From: Candidatus Altiarchaeales archaeon
GTDB lineage: Archaea; Altiarchaeota; Altiarchaeia; IMC4; SCGC-AAA252-I15
NCBI GenBank assembly: GCA_014727915.1
Contig: WJMO01000006.1
Coordinates: 352,001 to 416,000 of the forward strand
Direction of reading: 5' to 3'
Length of the DNA: 64,000 bases
In this document: piece by piece, positions 27,571 through 36,632 of the stretch
How positions within the stretch are numbered: position 1 is the first letter of the stretch
Layout of the letters: every line of letters begins with the position of its first letter
The notes under the pieces: model-generated
Databases searched by the model: none
What the model saw: only the letters and a program-made list of their open reading frames with translations
What the model was told of the DNA's origin: nothing
Program-made: the position numbers and the translations under genes

Positions 27571-28230
27571 CTATAAATATTTTAAGAATACCTGCAGGTC
27601 GTCTGGGTTCAAAACTGGGCGGTGGTAATCGTCGCCGACTATCCGGGGGCATGCGGTGTTGACCAGGCAGTCAACGTTGAATGGGAGCATGTTGTTGGGG
27701 GTTATCTCATCGCCTGCGAATATGAACGCCTCCTTCCCCTTAGACCTGAGCTTGCCCGAGAGCTCCAGTGCCCTGTCAAGGCTGTACTGGCCGCCTTTGG
27801 TGGAGACCATCACACCGAACGATTTTGATTCCATCGCCCGTTTGACCGCAGCCTTCCTCTTTCCAAGCCACCTGCCCTTTTCCTCGTCGGTTATAGCATC
27901 CAACACCCCCGAAAGGGGGTTCAACATGTACACCTGCTTTTCCGTCTTCAAAGCCACGCCCAGGGGGTGGAAGCGGCCGGAGCCCATGTAGAGTATGCAG
28001 TCGACGTCCAACTTCAAAGCGGCGTCCTGCCTGCAGCCGAGTATCTGGCCCCCCACCTCGACCCTCTTCCCCTTAGACTCCAGGTAATCCTTCACCTCCC
28101 CCAATTGGTGGAGGTGCTGGGCTGTGGTGACCAGTCCAATCGACGGATAGGCTTCCAATATCCCATAGCATTCTTCAAGAACAGGGATCGGATTTGAGAG
28201 GGAACGACAGGGTATGTGGAGTACCTTCAT
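27571..28230 (-). CDS. dph2: Dph2 (diphthamide biosynthesis), short form lacking the N-terminal domain
   Basis: TTAQH, GQILGC, GSGRFHP, STKGGQ, NTACPRI. Confidence 0.88.
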   Translation of the reverse strand: MKVLHIPCRSLSNPIPVLEECYGILEAYPSIGLVTTAQHLHQLGEVKDYLESKGKRVEVGGQILGCRQDAALKLDVDCILYMGSGRFHPLGVALKTEKQVYMLNPLSGVLDAITDEEKGRWLGKRKAAVKRAMESKSFGVMVSTKGGQYSLDRALELSGKLRSKGKEAFIFAGDEITPNNMLPFNVDCLVNTACPRIVGDDYHRPVLNPDDLQVFLKYL

Positions 28231-28280
28231 GTTAAACAAATGGGCATAGCATAAAAATAGCTGGGATCGGATAAGACGTT

Positions 28281-29036
28281 CTAATCAGATTTCTTCCCGG
28301 ACTTCTTGGGGGTTTTCTCCTCTGATTTATCATCCGACTTCTCATCCCCCGAATCCGACTTCTCTTTCTTCTTTTTCTCCGGGTTCTCCCATGTCTCCTC
28401 GAAGACAACATCATCCACCTTCAACAGCTTGAAGGCCTCGGCTGTGAAGCTCATCTTCCGCATGAGCAGGTTCTGATCGTAGTTCGCGGACTTTGGGAGC
28501 TTGACCGTCAGCTTGTTGGCTGTCAGCTTTGACTCGAACTCGTCGGATGATTCGAACGCCCGCTCGAGTATGTAGTTGACCTTGTCAGTGTCTGTTTTCG
28601 CCTTTTCAACGACTTCAACGTCGAATTCGATGGTCTTGCCAGCCAGCTCGTGGTTGAAGTCCACCCGAACCCTGCCGCCCGCAACCGTCTGCACGCGACC
28701 GCGCATGTTGTCGATCTCAACAGGCATGCCGGGTATTGGGTTTATCCGCTGCTGCTTGAACTGCTTTATAGGTATCAGCTTGACCATTGAGGGGTTCCTG
28801 GGGCCGTAGGCCTTCTCAGGCTCGATTGTTACGGTCTTCTTCTCCCCGACCTTCATCTTGGCGAGGGCCTCGTCCAACCCTTCAACCACCTGCCCCTCGC
28901 CCACTGCAACGCTGAAGGGCTTGTAAACCCTCCGCTCGTCGAATATGCCCTCTTTCTCAGCGTCCTCCCGGCGGGTGGTGTCGAACACCGCACCGTCCTT
29001 GATGCGTCCAGTGTAGTTTATTTTGATGAAATCCAT
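28281..29036 (-). CDS. slyD: Long-type archaeal FKBP/SlyD peptidyl-prolyl isomerase
   Basis: INYTG, VFDTT, GLDEAL, AYG, VDFNHELAGK. Confidence 0.94.
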   Translation of the reverse strand: MDFIKINYTGRIKDGAVFDTTRREDAEKEGIFDERRVYKPFSVAVGEGQVVEGLDEALAKMKVGEKKTVTIEPEKAYGPRNPSMVKLIPIKQFKQQRINPIPGMPVEIDNMRGRVQTVAGGRVRVDFNHELAGKTIEFDVEVVEKAKTDTDKVNYILERAFESSDEFESKLTANKLTVKLPKSANYDQNLLMRKMSFTAEAFKLLKVDDVVFEETWENPEKKKKEKSDSGDEKSDDKSEEKTPKKSGKKSD

Positions 29037-29091
29037 CTTCTAAAAGGTCTTAACATTTAACACATCCTATTATAAATACCCGGATATTAAG

Positions 29092-30129
29092 ATGGCTAGG
29101 AAAAAGCGCGGTAAGGGCGGTAAGCCTAGGTCGGGTAAGAGGCAGAAGCAAAAGTACATGATATACTTTGTAGGCGCCATCATGGTGTTGTCGGGCATGT
29201 TCTTCGGGTTGAACCGGGCGCAGAACGGACCGCCAGAAGAGAATCCATCAGGCGACTGGAATGTGGTGGAGTATGAGTCCGCCAGCCTGGGGAAAACCAG
29301 CTACGCCGCAAAGGTGGTTGGAATAACCAGCGGATACAAGCTCGTGCCCAACCAGATGAGATTCTCCGAGGGGGACATACAGCACGTGTTCGAAACCGAC
29401 ATAGCAGGGGTCACCAACGTGATACTGGAGGCTGCCCCAGGATATTACATGTTCCACTTCGTCGCAGACGGCGACGTGGAAGAGGGCATAAGGGAGAGGA
29501 TAAGGCTGCCTGGAGACTACAACCTCTACAGGGCCTACAGGGCGTCAACTGAAGGGGGGGAGTTCAACGTCGTCGGCAACAATCTGGAAGTCGGCGATTA
29601 CGTGATGGTGGTGGTGTTGGAGCGGGTCCGCGACGGCAGGCTGGAGCAGCTTGGTTTCGTGGAGGACAGGCTCGAGGAAGGCCCGGTCATCAACGGAACC
29701 GCTTACGGTTTCGAATCGTATTCGATAACCGGAGTCAGCGCATCAGAGGTCCCGGAAGAGGATTTGAAGGAGTCGATGGGATATGAGGACGTGATGGTCG
29801 AGGAGGACAACAGCTCGGGGGATACTTTATACCGGGTTTCGATGACCTTGCCCTTCGACGCGGATGTGGGCGAGGCCAGGGAGAAGCTCGAAGGCTTTGA
29901 CGTCTTCAACGTAACTGCATTGATACTGGGCTATTCCGAGACCGCGGAGCACATGGTGGTGAACGGCAGCCTCGTCAGGATACCCAACTACAGGGGCGTG
30001 CAGTCGACCTTCGACGAGGACACCATGGAGAATGACACAGTCGCCATCCGCGTTTACATGCTGAGCATGGGAGGTCAGACGTTCGCCTTCGCTACCGAGG
30101 CGACAACGCCTGGCATAGGAGTTCCGTAG
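29092..30129 (+). CDS. Membrane-anchored hypothetical protein
   Basis: Basic N-terminus, one TM helix, then an acidic beta-rich domain. Confidence 0.75.
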   Translation: MARKKRGKGGKPRSGKRQKQKYMIYFVGAIMVLSGMFFGLNRAQNGPPEENPSGDWNVVEYESASLGKTSYAAKVVGITSGYKLVPNQMRFSEGDIQHVFETDIAGVTNVILEAAPGYYMFHFVADGDVEEGIRERIRLPGDYNLYRAYRASTEGGEFNVVGNNLEVGDYVMVVVLERVRDGRLEQLGFVEDRLEEGPVINGTAYGFESYSITGVSASEVPEEDLKESMGYEDVMVEEDNSSGDTLYRVSMTLPFDADVGEAREKLEGFDVFNVTALILGYSETAEHMVVNGSLVRIPNYRGVQSTFDEDTMENDTVAIRVYMLSMGGQTFAFATEATTPGIGVP

Positions 30130-30640
30130 CCTTCCGCCTGTGAGATGCCCGGTTCTTGTGGGCTGGGTCTTCCGCGAAGGTTTTTTCACTGTCTAAAGGC
30201 TTGAATATGGGGTCGTAGCCGAATCCCTTGGAGCCGCGCATCTCGCAGGGGATGGATCCCTCAACAACACCCTCGTAGACTTTAACGCCTTTTTTGTCGC
30301 AGTATCCGATGGCGGACTTGAACCTGGCCCGCCTGTCTTCTACCCCGTCCAGCAGCTTCAATATGCCCTCGCAGCCTATTCTCTTGAACACGTAGGCACT
30401 GTACGTGCCTGGAAAATCGTTGAGTGCGTCTATGAACAGGCCGGAGTCCTCTACTATCACAGGCCTCTTCAGCTTCTCATATACGTATCTAACCCCCTCC
30501 CCGGCCACCTTGGACACGGACTCGGCTCTCACCTCAGGGTATATGATGTTGACCTGCTGGAAGCTCATGCCATATTCGGCCGCTATCTTGTTGGCCTCCT
30601 CGACCTTGTTGGTGTTGGATGTTGCGAACAGGACTTCCAT
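30092..30640 (-). CDS. rdgB: Non-canonical purine NTP pyrophosphatase (Ham1/RdgB)
   Basis: ATSNTNK, EDSGL, GFGYDPIF, SHR. Confidence 0.96.
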   Translation of the reverse strand: MEVLFATSNTNKVEEANKIAAEYGMSFQQVNIIYPEVRAESVSKVAGEGVRYVYEKLKRPVIVEDSGLFIDALNDFPGTYSAYVFKRIGCEGILKLLDGVEDRRARFKSAIGYCDKKGVKVYEGVVEGSIPCEMRGSKGFGYDPIFKPLDSEKTFAEDPAHKNRASHRRKATELLCQALSPR

Positions 30641-30650
30641 GTTAAAGGGA

Positions 30651-31547
30651 TTATAATCCGCGCTTATAATTGCCCCGGGTTATCTGCTGGAGTAGTATTA
30701 TCAGTGAGGGTTCTGCGATGGCTGCGAAGGCCATGGGCAAAGCGGACTTGGGGGTGAGCAACGCCAACGCTATCACCGCCGCGGCTCCGTTGTTCTTGTA
30801 GGATGAGAAGAGGGCATAGGTTATAGAACGTTCGCCGGAGCCGAGACGACGAGCAATATAATATACTATGGTGGCGGGGACAAATGTGCGGACGAACACC
30901 ACAGCAACTACGGGGGAAAGGGACAGGGGGTCCGATATGATGGCCGCGTGGTTCAAGCCTATCAGTACATAGGTTATGAGCGCGAATAGCAGGTTAACTG
31001 CGCTCTTGCCATAGTCCCATGCGGGCGATTCGATACTCGCCAGTATCCTGGACAATGCCATTGGCAGTATTATGAGAACCGACAGCAGGCCGAGTAGGTA
31101 TGAGACGTCCATGACATCTCCGATCAGTAGGAGTATCAGCGAGGGCGTTAAGGCAAGGGCGAGGAGGTAGGCTATGACCTCCGTCAGCGTTGAAGTGTAT
31201 GAGTCTCCGCGTAGGAGGTAGGTGAAGGGGACTACGGACACTGCCGGCGGCACTGCTGCCATGATGATGAAGCCGCGAATGTAGTCCGAGTCGTCGAGGA
31301 GGATGTGGGCGGCAGCCAATATTATACCAGTGAGCAGTATGTACTGCAGTGCCAGCGCCTTAATCGCCGGGGCTGCCAGTTCCCTCTTCCATAATCCCCT
31401 GAAGCTGAGGCTCCTGAGGGATATTGTCATGGACAAGACAAGGGCAGGCATTATCGTCCATTCAAGCATCTGAGCGAGGCCGGGATACGCCAGGGCAGCC
31501 AGTATGGCGGAGAGGAAGACCTTCCTCGTGTCCTCCAGGAAGCTCAT
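30651..31547 (-). CDS. Bile acid:sodium symporter (BASS/SBF) family transporter
   Basis: About 9-10 TM helices, AAVPPA motif, YKNNG motif. Confidence 0.8.
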   Translation of the reverse strand: MSFLEDTRKVFLSAILAALAYPGLAQMLEWTIMPALVLSMTISLRSLSFRGLWKRELAAPAIKALALQYILLTGIILAAAHILLDDSDYIRGFIIMAAVPPAVSVVPFTYLLRGDSYTSTLTEVIAYLLALALTPSLILLLIGDVMDVSYLLGLLSVLIILPMALSRILASIESPAWDYGKSAVNLLFALITYVLIGLNHAAIISDPLSLSPVVAVVFVRTFVPATIVYYIARRLGSGERSITYALFSSYKNNGAAAVIALALLTPKSALPMAFAAIAEPSLIILLQQITRGNYKRGL

Positions 31548-31581
31548 GCATACATATTAACAAAAGGCTAATATCAACGTG

Positions 31582-32868
31582 ATGGTAATCGTGAACAGGG
31601 ATGAGTTAGCCGCCGGTGACCGGTTCAGGGAGGATGCATTGGACATTGTGGAGGCTGGTTTGAAGGCCTGCAAGGTCGAGAACATAATGGGCTCCGTAGT
31701 GGAGGAGGACCGCATATGCGTGGAGGGTGTTGAGTACAGGGTCCAAGACTATGAGAGGGTTCATGTGGTGGGCTTCGGCAAGGCTTCAGGTTCCATGGCC
31801 TGCGAGCTTGAGAGTAGGTGGAGGGATAGGATAGCGGATGGCGTGGTCATATCCTATCCGAACCCGGGTTGCAGGGCCATAAGGGTTTTGGAGGGAACCC
31901 ACCCCATGCAGTCTGAGGGGAACATCCGAGCCTCCGAGGAGCTGTTGGATATCGTCTCGAACGCGGGTGAGAGGGATCTCATAGTATGCCTAATATCGGG
32001 TGGGGGTTCCGCGATGTTCACCAAGCCGGTGGCGGATATCGCATTGGAGGATCTTGTGAGGACGAACAGGCTGCTGCTGGATTCGGGCGGAGACATAAAC
32101 GAGATAAACGCGGTTCGAAAGCGCATTGACTATGTGAAGGGAGGGGGGCTGGCGAGGGCGTGCAATTGCAAGGTGGTCTCGCTCATCATCTCTGACGTGG
32201 TGGGTGACAGGTTGGATGTTATCGCGTCGGGGCCGACCGTGCGGGACAGCACGACATTCGAGGAAGCCATTGGGGTTTTGGAAAAATACGGGCTGGAGGA
32301 CAGGGTTCCCAGGAGAGTATTGGAATGGCTTAGGGAGGGGGTGGAATCGGAGAGGGAAGACGGAGAAGGCTTTGAGCATGTGTCAAACCATGTGATAGGA
32401 GGTAACGGCACCGCCAGGAAGGCAGCAGCCGACTGTGCAGCCGAGCTGGGCTATGACGTTATCGACAGGGGAGAGTCGGAGGGGGAGGCCAGGGAGTTGG
32501 GTGGCGAGCATGCCCGGCGACTTGAAGGCTGCGGGAAGCGCACGATGCTTTTGTCCGGTGGCGAGACCACCGTCACAGTAACTGGAACAGGCAAGGGGGG
32601 GAGGAACCAGGATTACGTGCTAGGATTCCTCGCCCAAGCCAAGACCCCTTTTGTCGTGTGCGCGGTGGACACCGACGGCATAGACGGGTACACGGACGCA
32701 GCCGGCGCCCTAGCAGACCATAGAACGTTAGAGAACGGGTTGGACCCCAGGGAATACCTGAAGGACAATGACCCATATAATTTCTTCAAACAGTCTAATT
32801 CTCTCGTTTTCACGGGAAAAACCGGCACTAACGTGAACGACCTGAGGGTTGCGATAAAACCGGGATGA
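31582..32868 (+). CDS. MOFRL-family glycerate 2-kinase
   Basis: GFGKAS, LISGGGSA, KGGGLA, SDVVGD..IASGPT, GGETTV, GGRNQ, TDGIDG, TGTNVND. Confidence 0.94.
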   Translation: MVIVNRDELAAGDRFREDALDIVEAGLKACKVENIMGSVVEEDRICVEGVEYRVQDYERVHVVGFGKASGSMACELESRWRDRIADGVVISYPNPGCRAIRVLEGTHPMQSEGNIRASEELLDIVSNAGERDLIVCLISGGGSAMFTKPVADIALEDLVRTNRLLLDSGGDINEINAVRKRIDYVKGGGLARACNCKVVSLIISDVVGDRLDVIASGPTVRDSTTFEEAIGVLEKYGLEDRVPRRVLEWLREGVESEREDGEGFEHVSNHVIGGNGTARKAAADCAAELGYDVIDRGESEGEARELGGEHARRLEGCGKRTMLLSGGETTVTVTGTGKGGRNQDYVLGFLAQAKTPFVVCAVDTDGIDGYTDAAGALADHRTLENGLDPREYLKDNDPYNFFKQSNSLVFTGKTGTNVNDLRVAIKPG

Positions 32869-32876
32869 CTTATATA

Positions 32877-32890
32877 TTATGAACTCATAA
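32877..32890. promoter_or_regulatory. Palindrome TTATGA-AC-TCATAA directly after a TATA-like box upstream of gpgS
   Basis: Perfect 6-bp arms following CTTATATA at 32869-32876. Confidence 0.4.
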
Positions 32891-32926
32891 CATCCATATA
32901 GACCTGATATAGTAACGTGGGTGGTT

Positions 32927-34369
32927 ATGTTGTTGACTCTTGACTACAAGTCGCGGCCCAGACTGCAGGCCAGGCACATAGAGACTCTGAAGCTGACGAA
33001 GACCATAGAGGACGAGTCAGGGGATCGTCCGATCATGATCTCCGTCGTCATACCCACGTTCAACAAGAAAGACCCCAAATACAACCGGGCACTCTACAGG
33101 GTGCTATCAGAGTGCTGCCAGCTTGTGGACAAGGGAGTCATCGACGAGATAGTCATCGCCGAAGGCTCAAGATTGGAAGATGGGAAACCGGACTACGAGT
33201 TCATGGAGTACATACTGGCCGTGGCCATGAAACACTGCCAGACGTTCAAGAACGAGGTCATGTTCGTGCAGAACATGCCGGAGGGCAGGCAGAAGGCCAT
33301 GCAGGGCAGGTACGACTTCTGCGTCCGTCTGCTGAGCCAGGTCGACCCCAAAATGCACAAGGTCTTCCTCGACCATAGCATACTCACGAAGGACGAGCTC
33401 GAATTCCTCAAAGGCGGTAAAGGCGCTAACCTGTGGTTCAGCATACCCGTGACCTACGGGGACATAATATGCTTCGTGGACTCGGACATCGTGTCGTTCA
33501 ACGACAACTACGTCAAAGGCTTGATAATGCCCATAATGGAGAGGTGGGGTGAGAAGAATGACAGGGGATTCAGCTCTGGGGTCGTGTTCAACAAGGCGAC
33601 GTACAAGAGGCGGCATAAGATAAGGAGAGGTTTCAAATTGGGTGGAAGGCTGTCAAGGCTCGCCGCCAAGCCGCTGTTCATGGTGTTGGCGGAGAGGGGG
33701 ATATTCAAGGGGCTTGACGGGCTGACATACCATTTCAGCGGGGAGTGCGCGTTCACACGCGACCTGGTGAACATGATACAGTTCAGCAACGGATACGACA
33801 TAGAGACGAGTGTCCTATGCCAGCTGTGGAAGAACGCCGGGGTGGACATGATGTCCCAGACCGACCTCGGATATTTCAGGCACCTCCCCGGACCTGAGGA
33901 GCACGCCACCAACATGCTGGGGGAGATAATGAAGGCACTCCACTATTGGATCCGAAGGTACGGGTTCGAGGATTCCATAGGGGACATCGACCAGCTGGTC
34001 AGGGACTATGAGGAAACTGCCGAGGGACTGCTGCCGGAGTATAAGAAGATGGCTGCGAAGAGCTCGGGCAAGATCAAGTACCGGGAGGAGGAGATAATGG
34101 AGGACCGGGCTAGGATACAGAAGTACAAGAACATAATCAGGGAGGGTTTCCAGGCGCCGGAATCCTACGAGCCTAAGCTGCTTAAGCCCTGGGAGAGCAT
34201 AAAGGACCAGATGAACCAGAAGAGGGGCTACAGTTATGTCAGCCTTAAGTCTACGCTGCAGCAGAGGGTTAACATGTTCACCTCCGAGACAATACTGACG
34301 AAGATAAGGGTGCAGATCGACAGGACATCGGAGATAATCGAGGGCTACTGCGATTACATATTCTATTAA
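32927..34369 (+). CDS. gpgS: Glucosyl-3-phosphoglycerate synthase-like glycosyltransferase with C-terminal extension
   Basis: SVVIPT, GKGANLW, GDIICFVDSD (DxD), GGRLSRL, SGEC, GYDIE. Donor sugar is not determined from sequence. Confidence 0.82.
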   Translation: MLLTLDYKSRPRLQARHIETLKLTKTIEDESGDRPIMISVVIPTFNKKDPKYNRALYRVLSECCQLVDKGVIDEIVIAEGSRLEDGKPDYEFMEYILAVAMKHCQTFKNEVMFVQNMPEGRQKAMQGRYDFCVRLLSQVDPKMHKVFLDHSILTKDELEFLKGGKGANLWFSIPVTYGDIICFVDSDIVSFNDNYVKGLIMPIMERWGEKNDRGFSSGVVFNKATYKRRHKIRRGFKLGGRLSRLAAKPLFMVLAERGIFKGLDGLTYHFSGECAFTRDLVNMIQFSNGYDIETSVLCQLWKNAGVDMMSQTDLGYFRHLPGPEEHATNMLGEIMKALHYWIRRYGFEDSIGDIDQLVRDYEETAEGLLPEYKKMAAKSSGKIKYREEEIMEDRARIQKYKNIIREGFQAPESYEPKLLKPWESIKDQMNQKRGYSYVSLKSTLQQRVNMFTSETILTKIRVQIDRTSEIIEGYCDYIFY

Positions 34370-35146
34370 ATGGACCATATAGTCTACTCCGACCTTGATG
34401 GAACGCTCTTGGACGGGAGCTACTCATTCGAGGAGGCGAGATCCGCCCTGAACATGCTTAGGGAACGTTGTATACCCTTGGTGCTTTGCTCCAGCAAGAC
34501 CAGGTCGGAGATCGAAGAATACAGGGGTAGGATGGGGTTGAACGATCCTTTCATCTCGGAGAACGGGTCTGCAATATACGTGCCAGACGGGACGTTCAGC
34601 TTCGACTTCGACTATGATGAGATTATAGGGGGACATAGGGTAATAGGCTTCGGACGCCGGAGCGGAGAGGTCAGGAGGAGGATCGAGGAGATCAGGGAGG
34701 TTGAGGGTTTGGACTTCAAGACCTTCAACGACCTGACAGCCGAGGAACTTTCCGTCGAATCCGGGCTGCAAGTTGGCGAGGCCGTGCTCGCGAAGCAGCG
34801 GGAGTACAGCGAAGTCATACTTGGACTGGACGACAGGGAACGTGATATCCTGGAGGAAAATGGTTTGAATGTTGTGGGGGGTGGCAGGTACTTTTGCGTC
34901 TGCGAGAGCGACAAGGGAACCGCGGTTAAAACGCTTACCGGACTGTACAGGAGAGCACACCCTAACGTGAAGACCATCGGCTTGGGAGATTCCCGGAACG
35001 ACGTTGGAATGCTGGAGGCCGTGGACATCCCGGTTCTCGTGCAGAAGCCCGACGGCTCATACGAGAACATGGGATTGGACGGCATAGTCAGGGCGGATGG
35101 TGTGGGGCCAGTAGGATGGGCTTCCGCATTGGATGAGATATTATAA
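34370..35146 (+). CDS. gpgP: Glucosyl/mannosyl-3-phosphoglycerate phosphatase (HAD IIB)
   Basis: SDLDGTLL, CSSKTRSE, PFISENG, REYSE, GGRY, LGDSRND, GPVGW. Confidence 0.92.
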   Translation: MDHIVYSDLDGTLLDGSYSFEEARSALNMLRERCIPLVLCSSKTRSEIEEYRGRMGLNDPFISENGSAIYVPDGTFSFDFDYDEIIGGHRVIGFGRRSGEVRRRIEEIREVEGLDFKTFNDLTAEELSVESGLQVGEAVLAKQREYSEVILGLDDRERDILEENGLNVVGGGRYFCVCESDKGTAVKTLTGLYRRAHPNVKTIGLGDSRNDVGMLEAVDIPVLVQKPDGSYENMGLDGIVRADGVGPVGWASALDEIL

Positions 35147-35173
35147 AACGCCATATTCCAAATCCATAAACGT

Positions 35174-36532
35174 ATGGAGATAGAGCAGGTGGAGGTCTAC
35201 TCCACGAGCGAGGAGTACCGGCGTCCCATCCCAACAGCTGTGGGAACCCACTACAGAAGGGACAACATACTGGTTAAGGTAACAGCCACCGAAGACGGTG
35301 AAGAATACGGGGGGTGGGGTGAGGGGTCGCCTCTAATACCGGGATACTCTGGGGCTACTAGGAACCACATGGCAGACGACATCGTGAAGAGGATCGCCCC
35401 CGACATACTGGGAGCGGAGGTGAACTCTGTCCAGGACATACTAGACCTAATAGGGAGGGTCAAGAGGAACAGGTACTACATGATGTGCTCGTTGGCTCCC
35501 ATCGACATCGCATTGTTCGACCTGCTCGGACAGGTAAACGCCACACCCACTTTCAACATAGTACGAGAGCACCTGGGACTCGAAAAATATGACGTCGAAG
35601 ACCTTCCTCTGATGCCCGCTAACTTCACCGTCAGCAGGAACGCCACAGAGACGGACAACAGGATAGGCGAGATTCTGGAGGAGGCGGAAGAGTACGTGTC
35701 AAGGGGCTGCACTGTCATAAAGGTGAAGATAGGCATCTTCAAGGACAGCGACGTCGAGTCGCTTAGGAGGATACACGATCACTTCCAGGGCAGGGACGTG
35801 ACCTTGTTCGCGGACGGGAACCAGGCCTACGATTCGGTGAACGAGGTCTTCGACGTCCTGACCGAGATAGGCGACCTGATAGCCTGCCTGGAGCAGCCAT
35901 TCCACAGGGACAAGACCCACATGTCCGCGGAGCTGAACCGGAGGACAAAGCATGTCCAGGGAATGCCATTGATCATAACCGACGAGGGAACGTCATCCGT
36001 TGAGGAGTTGGAGAACGTGCTGTTGAGCGACGCTGCGGGCGGGTGCCTTCTGAAGATGGTCAGGAGCGGCGGCTTCCACTACGGGATAAAAGCCGTTGGT
36101 CTGCTGGAGGGGAGGGATGACTTCAAGTTCGCGCCCTGCTCGATGACCGAGACGGGAATAGGCACGATAGCCAACATACACTCGGCCCTCGCAATCTACG
36201 AGCACTGCCATCCCAGCCTGGGCTTCGGATTCGACGGACCCCTGCAGGTAATAGGGGACGAGTACAAGAACGGGAGGGACACAATATTATACGAGAACCA
36301 GGAGAACGGGCTCTACACCAAGGACGCTAACGGCGTCTGGATATACGATCCAAGCCAGATAGTCGGTCTGGGAAGCGGACTAGGATTCGAAGCCAACTAC
36401 CAGTACATCGAAGAGATAACCGAACATAAGGTAACACTATACCTCGACGAGGGAGACATGATAATGGAGGAGGACGGGGAAGTTAAGGTGATGGGGAAAC
36501 AGAGGGACATATTGAAGTACCCGAGGTACTAG
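35174..36532 (+). CDS. Enolase-superfamily enzyme, MLE subgroup, substrate unknown
   Basis: GWGE capping domain, IDIALFDL, KVK, DGN, EQP, DE, second Lys in LKMVRSGG, GFDGP. Confidence 0.88.
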   Translation: MEIEQVEVYSTSEEYRRPIPTAVGTHYRRDNILVKVTATEDGEEYGGWGEGSPLIPGYSGATRNHMADDIVKRIAPDILGAEVNSVQDILDLIGRVKRNRYYMMCSLAPIDIALFDLLGQVNATPTFNIVREHLGLEKYDVEDLPLMPANFTVSRNATETDNRIGEILEEAEEYVSRGCTVIKVKIGIFKDSDVESLRRIHDHFQGRDVTLFADGNQAYDSVNEVFDVLTEIGDLIACLEQPFHRDKTHMSAELNRRTKHVQGMPLIITDEGTSSVEELENVLLSDAAGGCLLKMVRSGGFHYGIKAVGLLEGRDDFKFAPCSMTETGIGTIANIHSALAIYEHCHPSLGFGFDGPLQVIGDEYKNGRDTILYENQENGLYTKDANGVWIYDPSQIVGLGSGLGFEANYQYIEEITEHKVTLYLDEGDMIMEEDGEVKVMGKQRDILKYPRY

Positions 36533-36632
36533 CCACCAGTTAATAGACCGGTTTCGTGAATGAGAAGACATAGACGTAGAACAGACAAAGGCACATACAC
36601 TTTTATAAGCACAGTGTTCATACTCTACTGTT

